This document shows positions 13,627 through 26,810 of a DNA stretch of 64,000 nt, piece after piece. The translations under genes and the position numbers were made by a program. Location of the stretch: positions 28,704,001-28,768,000 of the forward strand of contig CP068257.2 in the NCBI GenBank assembly GCA_009914755.4, given 5' to 3'. The notes under the pieces were generated by a model, which made no database searches, was not told the origin of the DNA, and was given only the letters and a program-made list of their open reading frames with translations. Positions within the stretch are counted from its first letter, which is position 1. Every line of letters begins with the position of its first letter. The DNA comes from the human T2T-CHM13v2.0 reference genome, Homo sapiens.

Positions 13627-13906
13627 TTTTAAACAGGGTCTCACTCCCATGGCCCAGGCTGAAGTGCAGTGGTGTGATCTTGGCTAACTGCAGCCTGGAG
13701 TTCACCAGCTCAAGAGATCCTCCCACCTCAGCTTCCCAAGTAACTGGTACTACAGGAAGGCACCACCAGGCCTGGCTTTTTGTTTTTTTAATTTTTAGTA
13801 GAGATGTGGTCTCTCTATGTTGCCCATGCTTGAGCTCAAATGCCTGGGCTCCCCACCTTAGCCTCCCATAGTTCTAGGATTACAGGCATGAGCCCTTGTG
13901 CCCGGC
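13627..13906 (-). mobile_element. Alu SINE (antisense)
   Basis: aaacagggtctcactcccatggcccaggctgaagtgcagtggtgtgatcttggc ... ctaggattacaggcatgagcccttgtgcccggc. Confidence 0.85.
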
Positions 13907-14882
13907 TTTATACAATAGTTTTAAATATAAAGAGCCACTTCTTTATTAAGTAAATTAGAAGACATCCCTCTAAGAATTTAAACACATTTAAATATATATT
14001 CACTATGGATGTGTGTATATCTATCTATCTATCTATGTATCTCCATAAATTTTGAGAAAGATCAAATATTATGGTTATATATTTACTGAATTAGGAAATT
14101 TTGCCGAAATACTTTGCATCACTCATGTCACCTTTTTATAAAGCTGTTTGGATCTGAAAGTGCTTTCGTGGATTTCACACTAATGCTTTATAGCATTGAA
14201 GGAGCTATAATCATAGAATAATAATTTGTCATCTGAGGAAATGATGTCATGCAGTCAAAAAGCTGCAAGCTTGGGATTGGAATGCATGTCCCTGGCTCTG
14301 AGTCCAATTCTTTCTTCCAGTAGGCTGGTGCAAAGGTAATTGTGATTTTTGACATTAAAAGTAATTGCAGAAACTGTAATTACTTTTGCACTTTACATGA
14401 TGCAAATGCATGAACCTTAAGAGAAATTGTATATTCTCTTCACTTTGTATTTCCATAAACATGGCCCTCTAGCATGCATCTCATATTTGTACATATTATT
14501 GAATATGTCTCCTTTGAAATGTTGAATTTCCCTTACTTTGACTGTATCAATATGTTCATTTTAAAAATCAAAATCTCTTACAAATTTCAGTGCTTGAAGT
14601 GATCCTCAATATCTGTCCTCAATCCATATCCCAAGCAAAATTGCCTTTGGGGCCTTCCTAAATTATTTTTCTTTCTCTTTCTAATTGCTTCATTCTCTTT
14701 CATTGTAATGGTTCTTTTATTCTCAGCCTTATAACCATGCTCAATCTTCTTCAATCCAAAAATTTTAAATAGTGCCATTTTCTCTATGATTATATAGCTC
14801 TTCTTATTTTATATCAGAATTATCTAAAGAGGTATGGAATCAGCTTGTCAGCTACCTCACTTTTTATTCTCTTTTCAATAAC

Positions 14883-15271
14883 TGATATGATTAGGCTTTG
14901 TGTCCCTGGCCAATTCTCATTTTGAATTGTAATTGCAATAATCCCCAAAATCCCCGTGTGTCAAGGGAATTACCAGGTGGAGGTAATTGAATCGTGGGGG
15001 CAGTTTCCCCCATGCTGTTCTCCTGATAGTGAGTGAGTTAGCACAAGATTTGATGGTTTTATAAGGGGCTCTTCCCCTTTCACTCAGCACTTCTCCTTCC
15101 TGCCGCTTTGTGAATAAGGTGCCTTGCTTCCCCTTCGCCTTCCACCATGATCGTAAGTTTCCTGAGGTCTCCTCAGCCATGCTGAAGTATGAGTCAATTA
15201 AATCTCTTTCCTTTATAAATTACCCAGTCTTGGACAGTTCTTTACAGCAGTATGAAAATGGACTAATACAA
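14883..15271 (+). mobile_element. Solo MaLR LTR (THE1/MST-like)
   Basis: Begins tgatatgattaggctttgtgtccc…ctcattttgaattgtaattgcaataatcccc, ends …gtcaattaaatctctttcctttataaattacccagtcttggacagttctttacagcagtatgaaaatggactaataca; canonical THE1-type termini. Confidence 0.8.
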
Positions 15272-16287
15272 TTACCATCTTGTTTCTGTCTGGTTTAAAA
15301 CTCTTCTGGAATTGCTCTGACATGGTCAGCAGTAGCCTCAATGCTGCCATACGTGATGTACATTTTTAGGATTATCCCATGTGAACATTTAACCATATTC
15401 AACACAGGCGACTATGTCCTTAACCTTAAATCTTGTTCATCTATATACTTCCATGAGATTACAGTTCTAGTCTTCTATCTAACTTTCACCTAATTCTTTG
15501 TTACTATTAGTTGGATTTCTTTCATAATATTCCTTAAGACTTGGCGCTGATCCCTGGACATATTCTCTCTATAGAGGAGACATCTCCCTTCCATGGCTTC
15601 AAATACCATCCATATTCTGTGACACTGAAATATTCAAATTATCTTTCCAGTCTGTATAGTTTTTTCTTTTTTAATTCTAGACCTAAATACCCAAGTACTT
15701 CTTGCCATTCCACTTAAAGGTTTCATAAGGGTGTTGAACTTCTATGTGTATGACATTGAACTTTTGCTCTTCTCTTGTGAGGCAGAAACATTTTTTGTTT
15801 CCTATTAGTAAACTGCATTTCCACCTATCTAGTTGTTTAACTGAGACAATTTGGAATCCTCCTAACATACGCAATCTACCCTGAGGATTGGCCATTTTCT
15901 TTCCCAAATCTGTCTTACATTTATCCAGTCCTATTACTGCTTTCTGTGTAGTTCAGGATTTCTCACCCTTGGTACCAGGGGCATTTAGGGCTGGATAGTT
16001 TTTTGTTGTGGGGAGATATCCTGTGCATTGTAAGATAGTTGGCAGTATTCTTGGCGTCTACCCACTAGATGCCAGTAGCACAACTCCCCCTTAAAATTAC
16101 AATTAAGAATGTCTCTGAAAATTGCCTAGGGGAGAGAGCAAAATTAGCCCTGGAGGAAAGGCATTGTCCTAGTCCAAGGTAGTCTCCTTTCTTGGTGGAA
16201 CAACCAAAAATAATGTCCAAGATTCTCTGCCTCTCTTTTTAAAAAAAAAATTGTCTCCTCCAGTCTTTCTTCTACACTCCTGCCTGA

Positions 16288-16540
16288 TTTTTTCTTTCAT
16301 TCTTTCTTTTCTTTCTTTCTTTTCTTTCTTTCTTTTTCTTTCTTTCTTCCTTTTTCTTTCTTTTCTTTCCTTTCTCTCTCTCCTTCATTCTTCCTTTCTT
16401 CTTTCTTTCTTCCTTCCTTCCTTTCTTTCTTTTCCTTCCTTCCTTCTTTCCCCTTTCCTTTTTCCTTTACTGTTCCTATTCTTTTTCCTTTCCTTTTTCC
16501 TTTCCTTTCCTTTCCTTTCTCCTTTCTTTTCTTTGCCATT
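16288..16540. repeat. Long polypyrimidine (TTTC/TTCC)n low-complexity tract (polypurine on - strand)
   Basis: ~250 bp with essentially only C/T on the + strand; explains ORFs 16251..16556(+) and 16297..16539(-) (poly-FLS / poly-KEKR translations). Confidence 0.9.
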
Positions 16541-18374
16541 TTTCTGCCTGATCTGAAAACAAAAATCTGGTCATTTCACTTTCCTGATTACAACTTCCTG
16601 GTTGACTTACCGTACATTGAGGATGAAACAAATCCTCTATATGATCTGTAAAGCTGTGTAATTGAGTCCCTGCTCATGTCTCTGACTTCATCTTCATACA
16701 GTGTTCTTTGTCTTTCTCACAAACACACTGGTCTTTGTTCCACACTAAAGTATCTCAAGCTTTTTCCTAATCCAAGGACACACTCTTCTCTCTGCCTTGA
16801 ATGTTTTTTCTTCATCTGGATGAAAATAATTAAGCCTTTTCTCACCTCAATACATTATATCTCAAGATAAAGTAGGTTCTCCTGTTGTGATTTGTAATTT
16901 ATCTCTGTACTTAATTCTAATATTTAAAAAAATTGTTTATTTCTTAGACTGTCTTCTAGACTAGAGCAGTGCTACTAGACAAACCAGTCCATGACAGTTC
17001 ACCAATTGGCCATAAGTTAAGTGTGTATATCAATATGCAAATGAATGCATGGCTACCTTCCTTAAGAAGTCTTGCATGATTAACAATTTCAGCTTAAGGA
17101 AATCATATGTCAAATATACCTGCTTTACCCTGTACCCTGATCTATGATCCACTCTTTGAATGACACATCTCTGAATTGTAATATCTAAAGTTGAGTTGGA
17201 GGCAAATACTATCTGTGTTCTTTCTTATTTGACATTAAATTCTCAGCTCAAGAGTAGTCAAAGTTGTTGTTCAATAAATACTTAATGATAAACTAGATAA
17301 TTACTGGTTTTATCATTGCTGAATATCTCCTATCTTATCCTGTTCCTAGACCTCTAAACTCCTCTTGAATGCTTTACAACAGTAAACTCAGAGGAGTCTC
17401 AACTGCCCTCTTAATCAGTACCACCTGGCCCAGACTTGCTTCTATTCCTTTGCACCCTAACTTAGCTATAATAGACCATCTATAGTCTGAATACTAAATA
17501 AAGACTTGTTAAACTGAACCATCCTGTCCAATTTTTTTAATATAGCAAAGTGAAATTTGAAAGCTAGAGAGATTCATTTCAAGTCAATTCAGCAAGCATG
17601 CAGTGAAGTGTAGGCATTGTGGTGAGAGGTGAGAATAGGGAGGTGAGTGAGAGATAGCCCTATCCCTGAAGGAAGCATGTCTTAATCTTTCTCTGGAAAA
17701 TGAGTGGAAGTATGTTAATAGAAGATAAGTGACTTTAGAGAAAGTGTGTCGTAGTCCATTAAATTCAATCACTTTTGCTGTTCTTTCAGACCCTGAAGCT
17801 ACTAGTCAAAGCTAAATAGAGTCTTAGATCCTTTGCATTTACATATCCTGAATTATTTTGAATCTTGTTAGTGTTTTATGTAGAAAAATAGTAATTCTTG
17901 GATTAAAAATTATTGTAGGCTATACGATTTTTTCCCTGCTTGTAGAAAGTTGGCTGTCCTTGCTCTGACTTTACACACTGCTTCTGACAAAATCAACAGC
18001 CAAGCTATCCAAATAGTAATTCGTCATAGTAAAAATCATGCAACTTCAGTAAGCCAACAACTTAAAAAAGCTCAAGGAAAAACTGTTTATACTTGAATTC
18101 CTTAAAAGATTACTTTATTAAATAATAGCATTTCTGTCACATTGTAAACTAACGAGCACATGAAATACCCCCTAATTTCTATTACATATAATTTCAATTT
18201 TCAGACATAAATTTTTAGTGTAGTTTCTCAATTTTTTTTTTTTATCATATAATGGTGACAGAACCTGTCTCTCTAAGAGAAACGAACTAGTTTATGGTCA
18301 ACCAGTTCGTAAAACGGCGTTTGTGGAGATGAATATGAGGGAAAGCAGCATTTCCTGGCAGTGTATGAAGAGGC

Positions 18375-18775
18375 ATTAAGCCAATTTGTAGAAGCCATGC
18401 CTGTACATTGGTCTATAGCAAGTTGACAGGCTTTTCTTAGTAGAGAAGTAGTTTGGGTGGCAAGAAGCTGGGACCGTAATTCAAGCTTTGGGTACTACTG
18501 GGTCTATAACTTAAAGATTGGAATCCATTGAATTCATAGCCTAGAAAGCACCCTGTGGTAGAAAGCATGATGTATGTCTGCCGGAGGGCTTATAGTAGCT
18601 CATCTGAGAGTCTTACAGAGAGACCCGTCTTGGTGGAAACTAGAAAAGCAGAGGTCAGTGGGGTGGACCAAGTAGCTGGGGTAAGAAGAGACACAGGATT
18701 AGACCGAGTAGACCAAGAGTTCCCCAAGTGAGCAGGAAAAGAAGTTTCCAGTGTAGCAGCTTAATGTGTGACTGC
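18375..18775 (-). pseudogene. Highly degenerate KRTAP13-like pseudogene relic (no ORF retained)
   Basis: Reverse complement aligns block-by-block with the KRTAP13 CDS: ctggaaacttc; tcttaccccagctacttggtccaccccactgacctctgcttttctag vs ttcctaccccagcaaccaggtctacagcactgacctctgctctcccag; ggctatgaattcaatgg… vs ggctatggatcgaggag…; ttcttgccacccaaactacttctctac vs ttctgccgcccaacctacttggcttctag; ctatagaccaatgtacaggcatggcttctacaaattgg vs ctacagaccaacttgtggatcaggcttctactattga. Start codon lost, many indels. Confidence 0.6.
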
Positions 18776-19354
18776 TGTATCTGATTCACTTTTTATTAGT
18801 GTCAAAGGGTGTGTAAATGTCACCTTATTGCCTAGAAACTTATGTGCTCTGACCCTGTGGTTATGATGTTTTAGATGCCCAGCTTTACTATTCTTCTGCC
18901 TTACAATTTGACTAAGAATATCTCCTTAGTGTGTTGTCCAATTTCAGCTGAATAGATTAACACCATCATAAATATGCATACCTGTGTTTTATAACCAAAA
19001 GCCAGTTTACTGTCAGTCTTGGACTTCAGATGATTGTTGCATGGTCAAAGCAATTGGTCAATCATTGGCAGATTAATTTTTGACTGAGAGGATCACTTAG
19101 AGGATGCTGAGATATAGCTATTTTTTTTCCTCCCTGCTTAAAGTTTTATATTTTGTTGTGATTCTTTTCTCGGTCATTCCTGATATGGTTTGCCATATTA
19201 CCAAGCGCATGTTTATGTTTACTAACAACTAATATAAGAGGTAGAAATGATCATGATACTCTAAAAAAGTTGAAAAACTTTTATTAAAAAAAAATTCTAC
19301 TTGACTCTCTTTACCAGCTGGATGGGTATAGAATGCCTTATATAAGGGGACTTA

Positions 19355-19747
<393 letters not shown>

Positions 19748-22083
19748 TTAGGGACTGCGTTTATAAGCAGTAAAACAGATACGAAATTATTTTCTTCAAG
19801 CACCTTGAAAATTGCTGAACAAATAAAAAGTTCCAAAGTAATGTTGTAGATAGTCACATTTCCTTATTATGAGAGAGGGGAAATTACATCTACAGATGAG
19901 CCTAGATAAAGCAATGTGGTGGCCTGGAGAAGAGCAGACATTGGTGAGGACAAGAAATTAATGGCAAAGAAATGGGTCTAACCAGAAACATCATAGAATA
20001 AAATAAATTTTAAAAAATGGATACAAAAAAACATTAAGGGAATGGTGACTTAGGTTACACCCAGGATAAAAATATAAAGGAAATAAAGTAAAACACACTT
20101 TTTTTTACATATGTATGATGTTTGGGAGGGAATGAATTACAGTATTGTGCACTCTAGTGGATATGTTAAATGTTTTGAAATTGACATGTGTACCGCGTAA
20201 ATGTTTAGGAGCTTCTAAACATTTAAAATGTGCCAAACAACTAATACATGTTGTTAAATACTAAACATATTTTAAAGGTATAAAATGTGCTAAATATTTA
20301 TAATTTCTAAACGTTTAAAACATTTTCAGCAAAAAATGTTTAGAAATATGTTTAGGATAAATATTTCATTTTAGTGTGCATAAAAGAATATGACGTGTAT
20401 GGCTTACTCGAAGCACCCATGTGCATTTAGTTTTTGGCCACAAGTTGCATACATTTATAGTCTAATAATAGTTAACATTTATGGAGTGATTTCTATACTC
20501 AAGGAATTCTTCCGGCTGCTTCACATATCCTATCATTTGCCTCTCATCGTAACCCCATGATCAAATTTCTATCATTCATGATCTCTCTTTAACATTTAAG
20601 GAAACTAATTTTTTGAGAGGTTCTATAATGTTTACAGGGCAAATAGCTGGTGTTAGAGTTGGGAATTCAGATATATAAATATATATGGTGCTTCTTCAGG
20701 ATTTACATGCTTTGACAATTTAAATGGGTTCAATCTCACAGCAGGCAGAGTAATGTGCAGGTAAAAAAATACATTATTAACTAAATGCTTAAATCTTCTA
20801 AGGAATGTTTCTAAAGCACAAAAACTGAGAAGATCCTGGAAGTGTAGAAACCAAAGTGGGGACCCTGAGCATGACATTCTGATGATTAAGCACTCCTATT
20901 ATCTGGAGGACAGCATGGGAGACCAGGCAAAACTTGGGATATCAGTTGGTTACTAGACCTAGCAGCCCTGACTCCTCTGTCTTTTTAAGCAGGTTGATCC
21001 TTACAAACTATTTACCTTCCACTAGAACTATCCTAGATCTTCTTTCATTTTAGGAAGATTGTTACTGTTAGTAATCAAGTTCTGACTTACCAAAGACACG
21101 TAGCCACTCAGGAATCATATGCCTATTAACAGGCAGGACTCCTTTGGACAGTATCAATTCTACATGATTTCAGCAACTTGAGGGCAATGCACCTTCATTT
21201 TCTATCCATATTGGAAAGGCTTTAAAGTTCAGCCAGCAAAGATGATAACTTATGGTGTCCATTCATTTTGAGTTTCAAGACCATCGTTAAGCTACGTCTT
21301 GTTTGTCATCCCCAACAGAACCATAGTAGATGTTCACTATTTGGGTAATGGATACACTAAAAGCTCAGACTTCACCACTATGCAAAATATGCATGTAAGA
21401 AATTTGCATGTGTACCATCTAAAAATATAAAAATTAAAAAAAAAACAATGGTGATGTAGTCATGATTATCTGTTGCCATCAAGAATAGAATGTGTTAGTT
21501 ATGCTGGTAGTCTAATGGGTGCCTAGTGGCATTCTGTTTTAATGTTGGTTTTTTTCTAACTTTTTAGTAGCTCTCATTATATACTGCAGTAATTAATAGG
21601 GGTTTGCCCAGAATAGTATTTCAACAGGTAAAAGATTACTTTAAAAAAGGTTTATGCATTTGTTTATTTTTCTACCTGTTTTACTCAGACTGAACATAAC
21701 AATCAGTTAAAATTTAGAAAAGCAAATATGTTTATTTAGTTACAAGTAAACTTTATTACACAAAATTTATTTTTAGCCATAGTTGAAAAAACAACAATTT
21801 ATTTGCTTATACTCGAAATAGCAATGCCCTATGGGAATCTCAGTAATGCCGATCAAAGTCCTTTCTATGCTTTTCCTGCTTGCTAAAAGGAGACTAATAT
21901 GTGAACACTGACAAACGTATGAGAATCATATATTGAGGGGAATGTGCTCAGAAAACAAAGATGTGCTCAAAGGACAAAGATGTCTGAGGCACAGTACCTT
22001 CAAGAAATTCAAAATCTAAAAGCTCATACTCTATATAATTATCATATATTTCTTATAATAGACTTATGATTTATTTTCATAAA

Positions 22084-22205
22084 TATTTTCACTTCTCAGA
22101 TTATTTCACTTCTCAGATAAAGATATATTTATCACTTCTCAGATAAAGATATAGAGATATATTAATATTTTCACTTCTCAGATAAAGATATAGAGATATA
22201 TTAAG
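22084..22205. repeat. Minisatellite: ~3.5 tandem copies of a ~37-bp unit (ttcacttctcagataaagatatagagatatattaata)
   Basis: Direct reading of 22081..22210. Confidence 0.8.
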
Positions 22206-23559
22206 TAATTTGTTAAAAAATTATTTTAACAAAAAGTTATAAATCCAAAAAGTGAGACTAGTTCTGTCTGTCTGCAGATATTTCATTATTCATCCCTACT
22301 TTCTGTGTTTGTTAAGCCATGATATAAGGCTAACAAATGCTGAGGATAAAATGTATGACACAGGTGAGGTGATTTTATTATTAAGCTCCTTAGCACTTAA
22401 AACTCCTCAGAAGAAGGACGAAAGTGGAGGGAAAGAATAGACTATCCCAGACAGAGTACTAATGCAAATGACAGAAGGTAGGGAGTAGAAAAACAAACGG
22501 CAGATCATTTTAGGATCCATAACTGTATTATTTTCTTGTCTAGAATTTTAAAATAAAACCTTGCTGAGTAGAATTCCATCTCATGGCTTCAGTAAATGTA
22601 GGCTTCTGTACAAAACGTTACTCTCCATGTGTTCACAATTGATTAAGATAACATTTCTGCATCATTTTCCCCAGAATGAAGTTTGCAGCTCCCAAGGATG
22701 TACTAAATGTGGTTGACTGTTTTTCCTGTTCTCTCTAGTGTAATAATAGACCATGGTAAATTACCCTAAGATTGTCAAAGCTAAAGCATTTTTCAAATTT
22801 GGTTTATAAGCTGGAGAATATGAACAGCCAATGGCACCTCTTCACCTTACAATATCTGTAGAACACAGACAGTGAAGTCTCTGGAATCAATTTTATAGTC
22901 AAGACATTAACCTTTGTGGTCATTTGCCCAGCAGAAAGAGTAAGCTGTTAAAAAACACAAAATCAGCCACTATTCACCTCTTTTTATGATTATGAGTGTG
23001 TTAACAGCTTTCCCTTCAATTACATGACTAGGGTTATTTTGCCAGTAAAGTACCAAAAAGATAATATATACCAGAAGCAAATTTAGATATTGTCTCTTTG
23101 CAGAAATGCCCTGAAATGAGGGCAATCACTCATTACTTTGAGTATAGATTTTAACTAAAATTTGTTTGACTGAAAATTACAATATTATCTAGCCCAAAGA
23201 AACTTGGGAAAAACAGTGTTGTGTTTCTTTCAACTCCACTGTCCAGAAGAAGAAAACTAGAATTCTCCCTCTCATTCTTTTGGAAAGTCATAAAACACTT
23301 GAGCATATTAACAAACTTTTAAAAAGGATAAAAACAAATCTGATTAATGTGGTTAGCCCAAATTAATCATATAAATATAAACTTTGTATCCAATCTATTA
23401 ATATTTCTTAAAACCAGTGTCTCAAGCAATTAACATTTGAGGAGAAGGGCTTTAGTCATTTGAGATTGGAATGGAATGGTATTACTGGTATAGTTCAGGA
23501 AACAAACTGGAGATTAAAGGGATACCTACTAAAATAGGTGGCAAACATTAAAGAAAAGA

Positions 23560-25440
23560 AAAAACTTAGGGCAATTTCTAATTCTTTGACTTTGCTCACT
23601 ACTTCTATAGCTACCCTTACTAGATTAAGAACTTCCTATATCAGTAACTACATCTTCTTCAATAACAATCAAGCTGAGAAACGAATCATCAACTCAATTC
23701 CATTTACAATAGCTACAAAAATAACTAGGAATACATTGAACCAAGAAGGTAAAAGAGCTCTACAAGGAGAACTATAAAACACTAATGAAAGAAATCATAG
23801 ATGATACAAACAAATGGAAGAGCATCCTATACTCATGGATTGGCAAAATCAGTATCATTAAAATGACCTTACTGCCCAAAGCAACCTACAGATTCAGTGC
23901 AATTCCTATCAAATAACAACATCATTTTAATAGAATTATGAAACCTAAACTTCATGTGGAATCAAAAAAGAGCCCCAATATCCAAAGCAATCCTAAGTAA
24001 AAAGAACAAAGCTGGGTCATCACATTTCTTGATTTTAAATTATACTACAAGGCTATAATAAACACAACAGCATAGTACTGTATAAAACTAGACAAATAGA
24101 TCAATGGATCAGAATAGAGAACACAGAAATAAAGCCAAATACCTAAAATCAACTGATCTTTGACAAAGTCAACAAAAATATACACAAGGGAAAGGACACC
24201 CTGTTCAATAAATGGTGCTAGGGAAACTGGATTGTCATATGCAGAAGAATGAAATTGAATCCATATCTTTCACTGTATACAAAAATTAACTCAAAATGGA
24301 TTAAAAACTTAAATGTAATATCTGAAACTATAAAAACCCCAGAAGAAAATGTAGGAAATCTCTTCTAGACATTGACCTAGGCAAAGAATTTATGACTAAG
24401 ACCGCAAAAGCAAATGCAACAAAAACAAAAATAGACCAATGGGACTTAATTAAACTGAAAAGCTTCTGCACTCCTAAAGAAACTGTCAACAGAGTAAACA
24501 GACAACTTACAGAATGGGAGAAAATATTTGAAAACTATGTGCCCACAAAAAGACTAATATCTAGAATCCACAAGAAGCTCAAACAACTCAACAAGAAAAA
24601 AAAAAAAAACCACTATCAAAAAGTGGGCAAAGGACATGAACAGACATTTTTCCAAAGAAGACATACAAGCAGCCAACAAACGTGGAAAAATTCTCAACAT
24701 CATTAATCATTAGAGAAATGCAAATTAGAACCACATTAAGATACCATCTTACAGTAATAAGAATGGTTATTAAAAAGTCAAAAAACAACAGATGTTGGCA
24801 AGGATGCAGAGAAAAGGGAACACTGTTGGTAGGAATGTAAATTAGTACAAACTTTATGGAAAACAGTATGAAGATTCCTCAAAGAGCTGAGAATAGAACA
24901 CCATTTGATCTAGCAATCCCATTATTGGGTGTCTACACAAAGAAAAAGAAATTGTTATATATATTAAAATCCCCTGCACTGGTATGGTTATCATAACACT
25001 ATTCACCATTGCAAAGTCATGGAATCAGCCAAAGTGTCCATCAATGAATGACTGAATTTTAAAAAGTGATATATAAATGCAATGTGATACTACTCAGCCA
25101 TAAAAAAGAATAAAATTGTGTCTTTTGCAGCAAAATAGATGGAAATGGAAGCCATTATCCTAAGTGAAATGACTAAGAAACAGAGTCAAATACCACATGC
25201 TCTCACTTATTATTGCGAGCTAAACAATGTGTATACCTGGATATACAGAGTGGAATAATTGACTTTGGAGACTCCAAAAGTTGGGAGATTGGGAGAGGGG
25301 TGAGGGATGAAAAATTACCTACAATATAAACTATCTGAGTGATGGATATACTAAAAGCCTGGAGTTCACACTACGTAATATATTCATGTAACAAAACTGC
25401 ATGTTTACCCTTAAATCTATAAAAATAAAATAAAATAGAA
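23560..25440 (+). mobile_element. L1 LINE fragment (sense): ORF2 C-terminal region through 3' UTR, older L1P/L1M subfamily
   Basis: ORFs 23538..23777 and 24392..24706 translate to L1 ORF2 peptides (…[28 protein letters not shown]…; [49 protein letters not shown]…); the element ends with an L1 3'UTR-like tail …ccttaaatctataaaaataaaataaaatag. Confidence 0.85.
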
Positions 25441-25909
25441 CTTTAGAACAGAAGAGTTTCCATACATCAATAACTGCATCTTCTCACTTTAGTTAACAGA
25501 CTTTAGTATTCTTATACTAATCTTCCAGAAATGCCAACTAAAAACCTTATAACACATCTTACTAATGAATAATCTACTTATGTTCTCCACACGTGACTAA
25601 CTTTTGTTAAACTTAAAAAAAAAATCATAGGCTCACATGAAGTTGTACAAATAGTACCTAGAGTCCCTTCACACAGCCTCCTGCAATATTGCCAACTTAT
25701 TTAACCATACTACAAAATCAAACCTAGGAAATTGACACTGGTGCCATGTTGTTCGCTAGACTACAGACCTTATTGAGTTTTGCTGGTTTATACATGTACT
25801 CATTTGTGTTTGTATCTGTATGGTTCAATGTAATTTATCTAATGTATAGATTAGTGTAACCACTACCACAGTCCAGAAGAAAAATTCTTCCATTTATGAT
25901 TAACATTTT

Positions 25910-26060
25910 TTCTTTTTTTTTTAGAGACAGGGTCTTGCTTTGCTGCCTAGGCTGGATTGCAATGGTGCAATCAATAGCTCATTGCAGCCTGGAACTCCTG
26001 GCTTCAATACTCCCGCCTCAGCTTCCCAAGGAGCTGGGACTACAGGCATGCACCATGTGT
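25910..26060 (-). mobile_element. Partial Alu (antisense, ~150 bp, monomer-sized fragment)
   Basis: poly-T, agagacagggtcttgctttgctgcctaggctggattgcaatggtgcaatc … cctcagcttcccaaggagctgggactacaggcatgcaccatgtg. Confidence 0.7.
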
Positions 26061-26279
26061 ATGAATTACAATGTTCATGTAATGAGGCAGAAATATGAGC
26101 CACATATTTTGTCCTTTTATATTTATAAAATGTTTAATTTAGTTATATATGAAATTAAAAATGGAAGCTTGTGTTTTCTAGACAACAACACTAGACAGTA
26201 ATGCAGCATTTGAGGTGAGTGGTGCAAGTGGTGGTATAGAGCAGAAAGAAAGATCAAGTCAAAATACGACACATTTATG

Positions 26280-26810
26280 TAATTATGTCATTTTTTCCCC
26301 AAGTCACAAGTAGAAGCAGTGCCATTAGAAATGTCAAAATTTTGGATGAACCTGGAGGACATCATGCTAAGAGAAATAAGCCAGACACAGAAAGGAAAAT
26401 ACTACATGATGTCATGTATGTAGAAATCGAAACTAGTTAAACTCACAAAAGCAGAGACTAGACTGGTAGCTGTCAGGGCCTGGGCGGAGGGTAAATTGGG
26501 AGGGTGTTGGTCAAAGGGTAAAAAGTTTCAGTTATGCAGGACAATTAAGTTCTGGATATCTAATGTATAGCAATGTGACTGTAGTTAACAATATTGTATC
26601 GTATACTTAAAATTTGCAGAAAGGGTAGACCTCAGTGTTCTTGCCATAGTCAAATGATCAATCAAATGGAAACTGAAATTATAACTATATTAATTACCTT
26701 GACTGTGACAATTTCACAATATGTGTATATATTATATACAGTGTGTGTATCTCAAAACATCAATTTTTACTCCTTAAATTTATATAATTTTTGTAGACTA
26801 TACCTCAGTA
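26280..26810 (+). mobile_element. L1 3'-end fragment (old L1M/L1P-type 3' UTR), sense
   Basis: tggatgaacctggaggacatcatgctaagagaaataagccagacacagaaaggaaaatactacatgat … tagctgtcagggcctgggcggagggtaaattgggagggtgttggtcaaagggtaaaaagtttcagttatgcaggacaattaagttctggatatctaatgtatagcaatgtgactgtagttaacaatattgtatcgtatacttaaaatttgc – the typical tail of ancient L1 3' UTRs. Confidence 0.75.

Noticed and set aside
16251-16556. ORFs with FLSFLSFF… / KEKGKERK… products (16251..16556 +, 16297..16539 -, 36158..36537 both strands, 10711..10975, 48249..48467)
   Set aside because: These are translations of polypyrimidine/polypurine or (CT)n low-complexity tracts.
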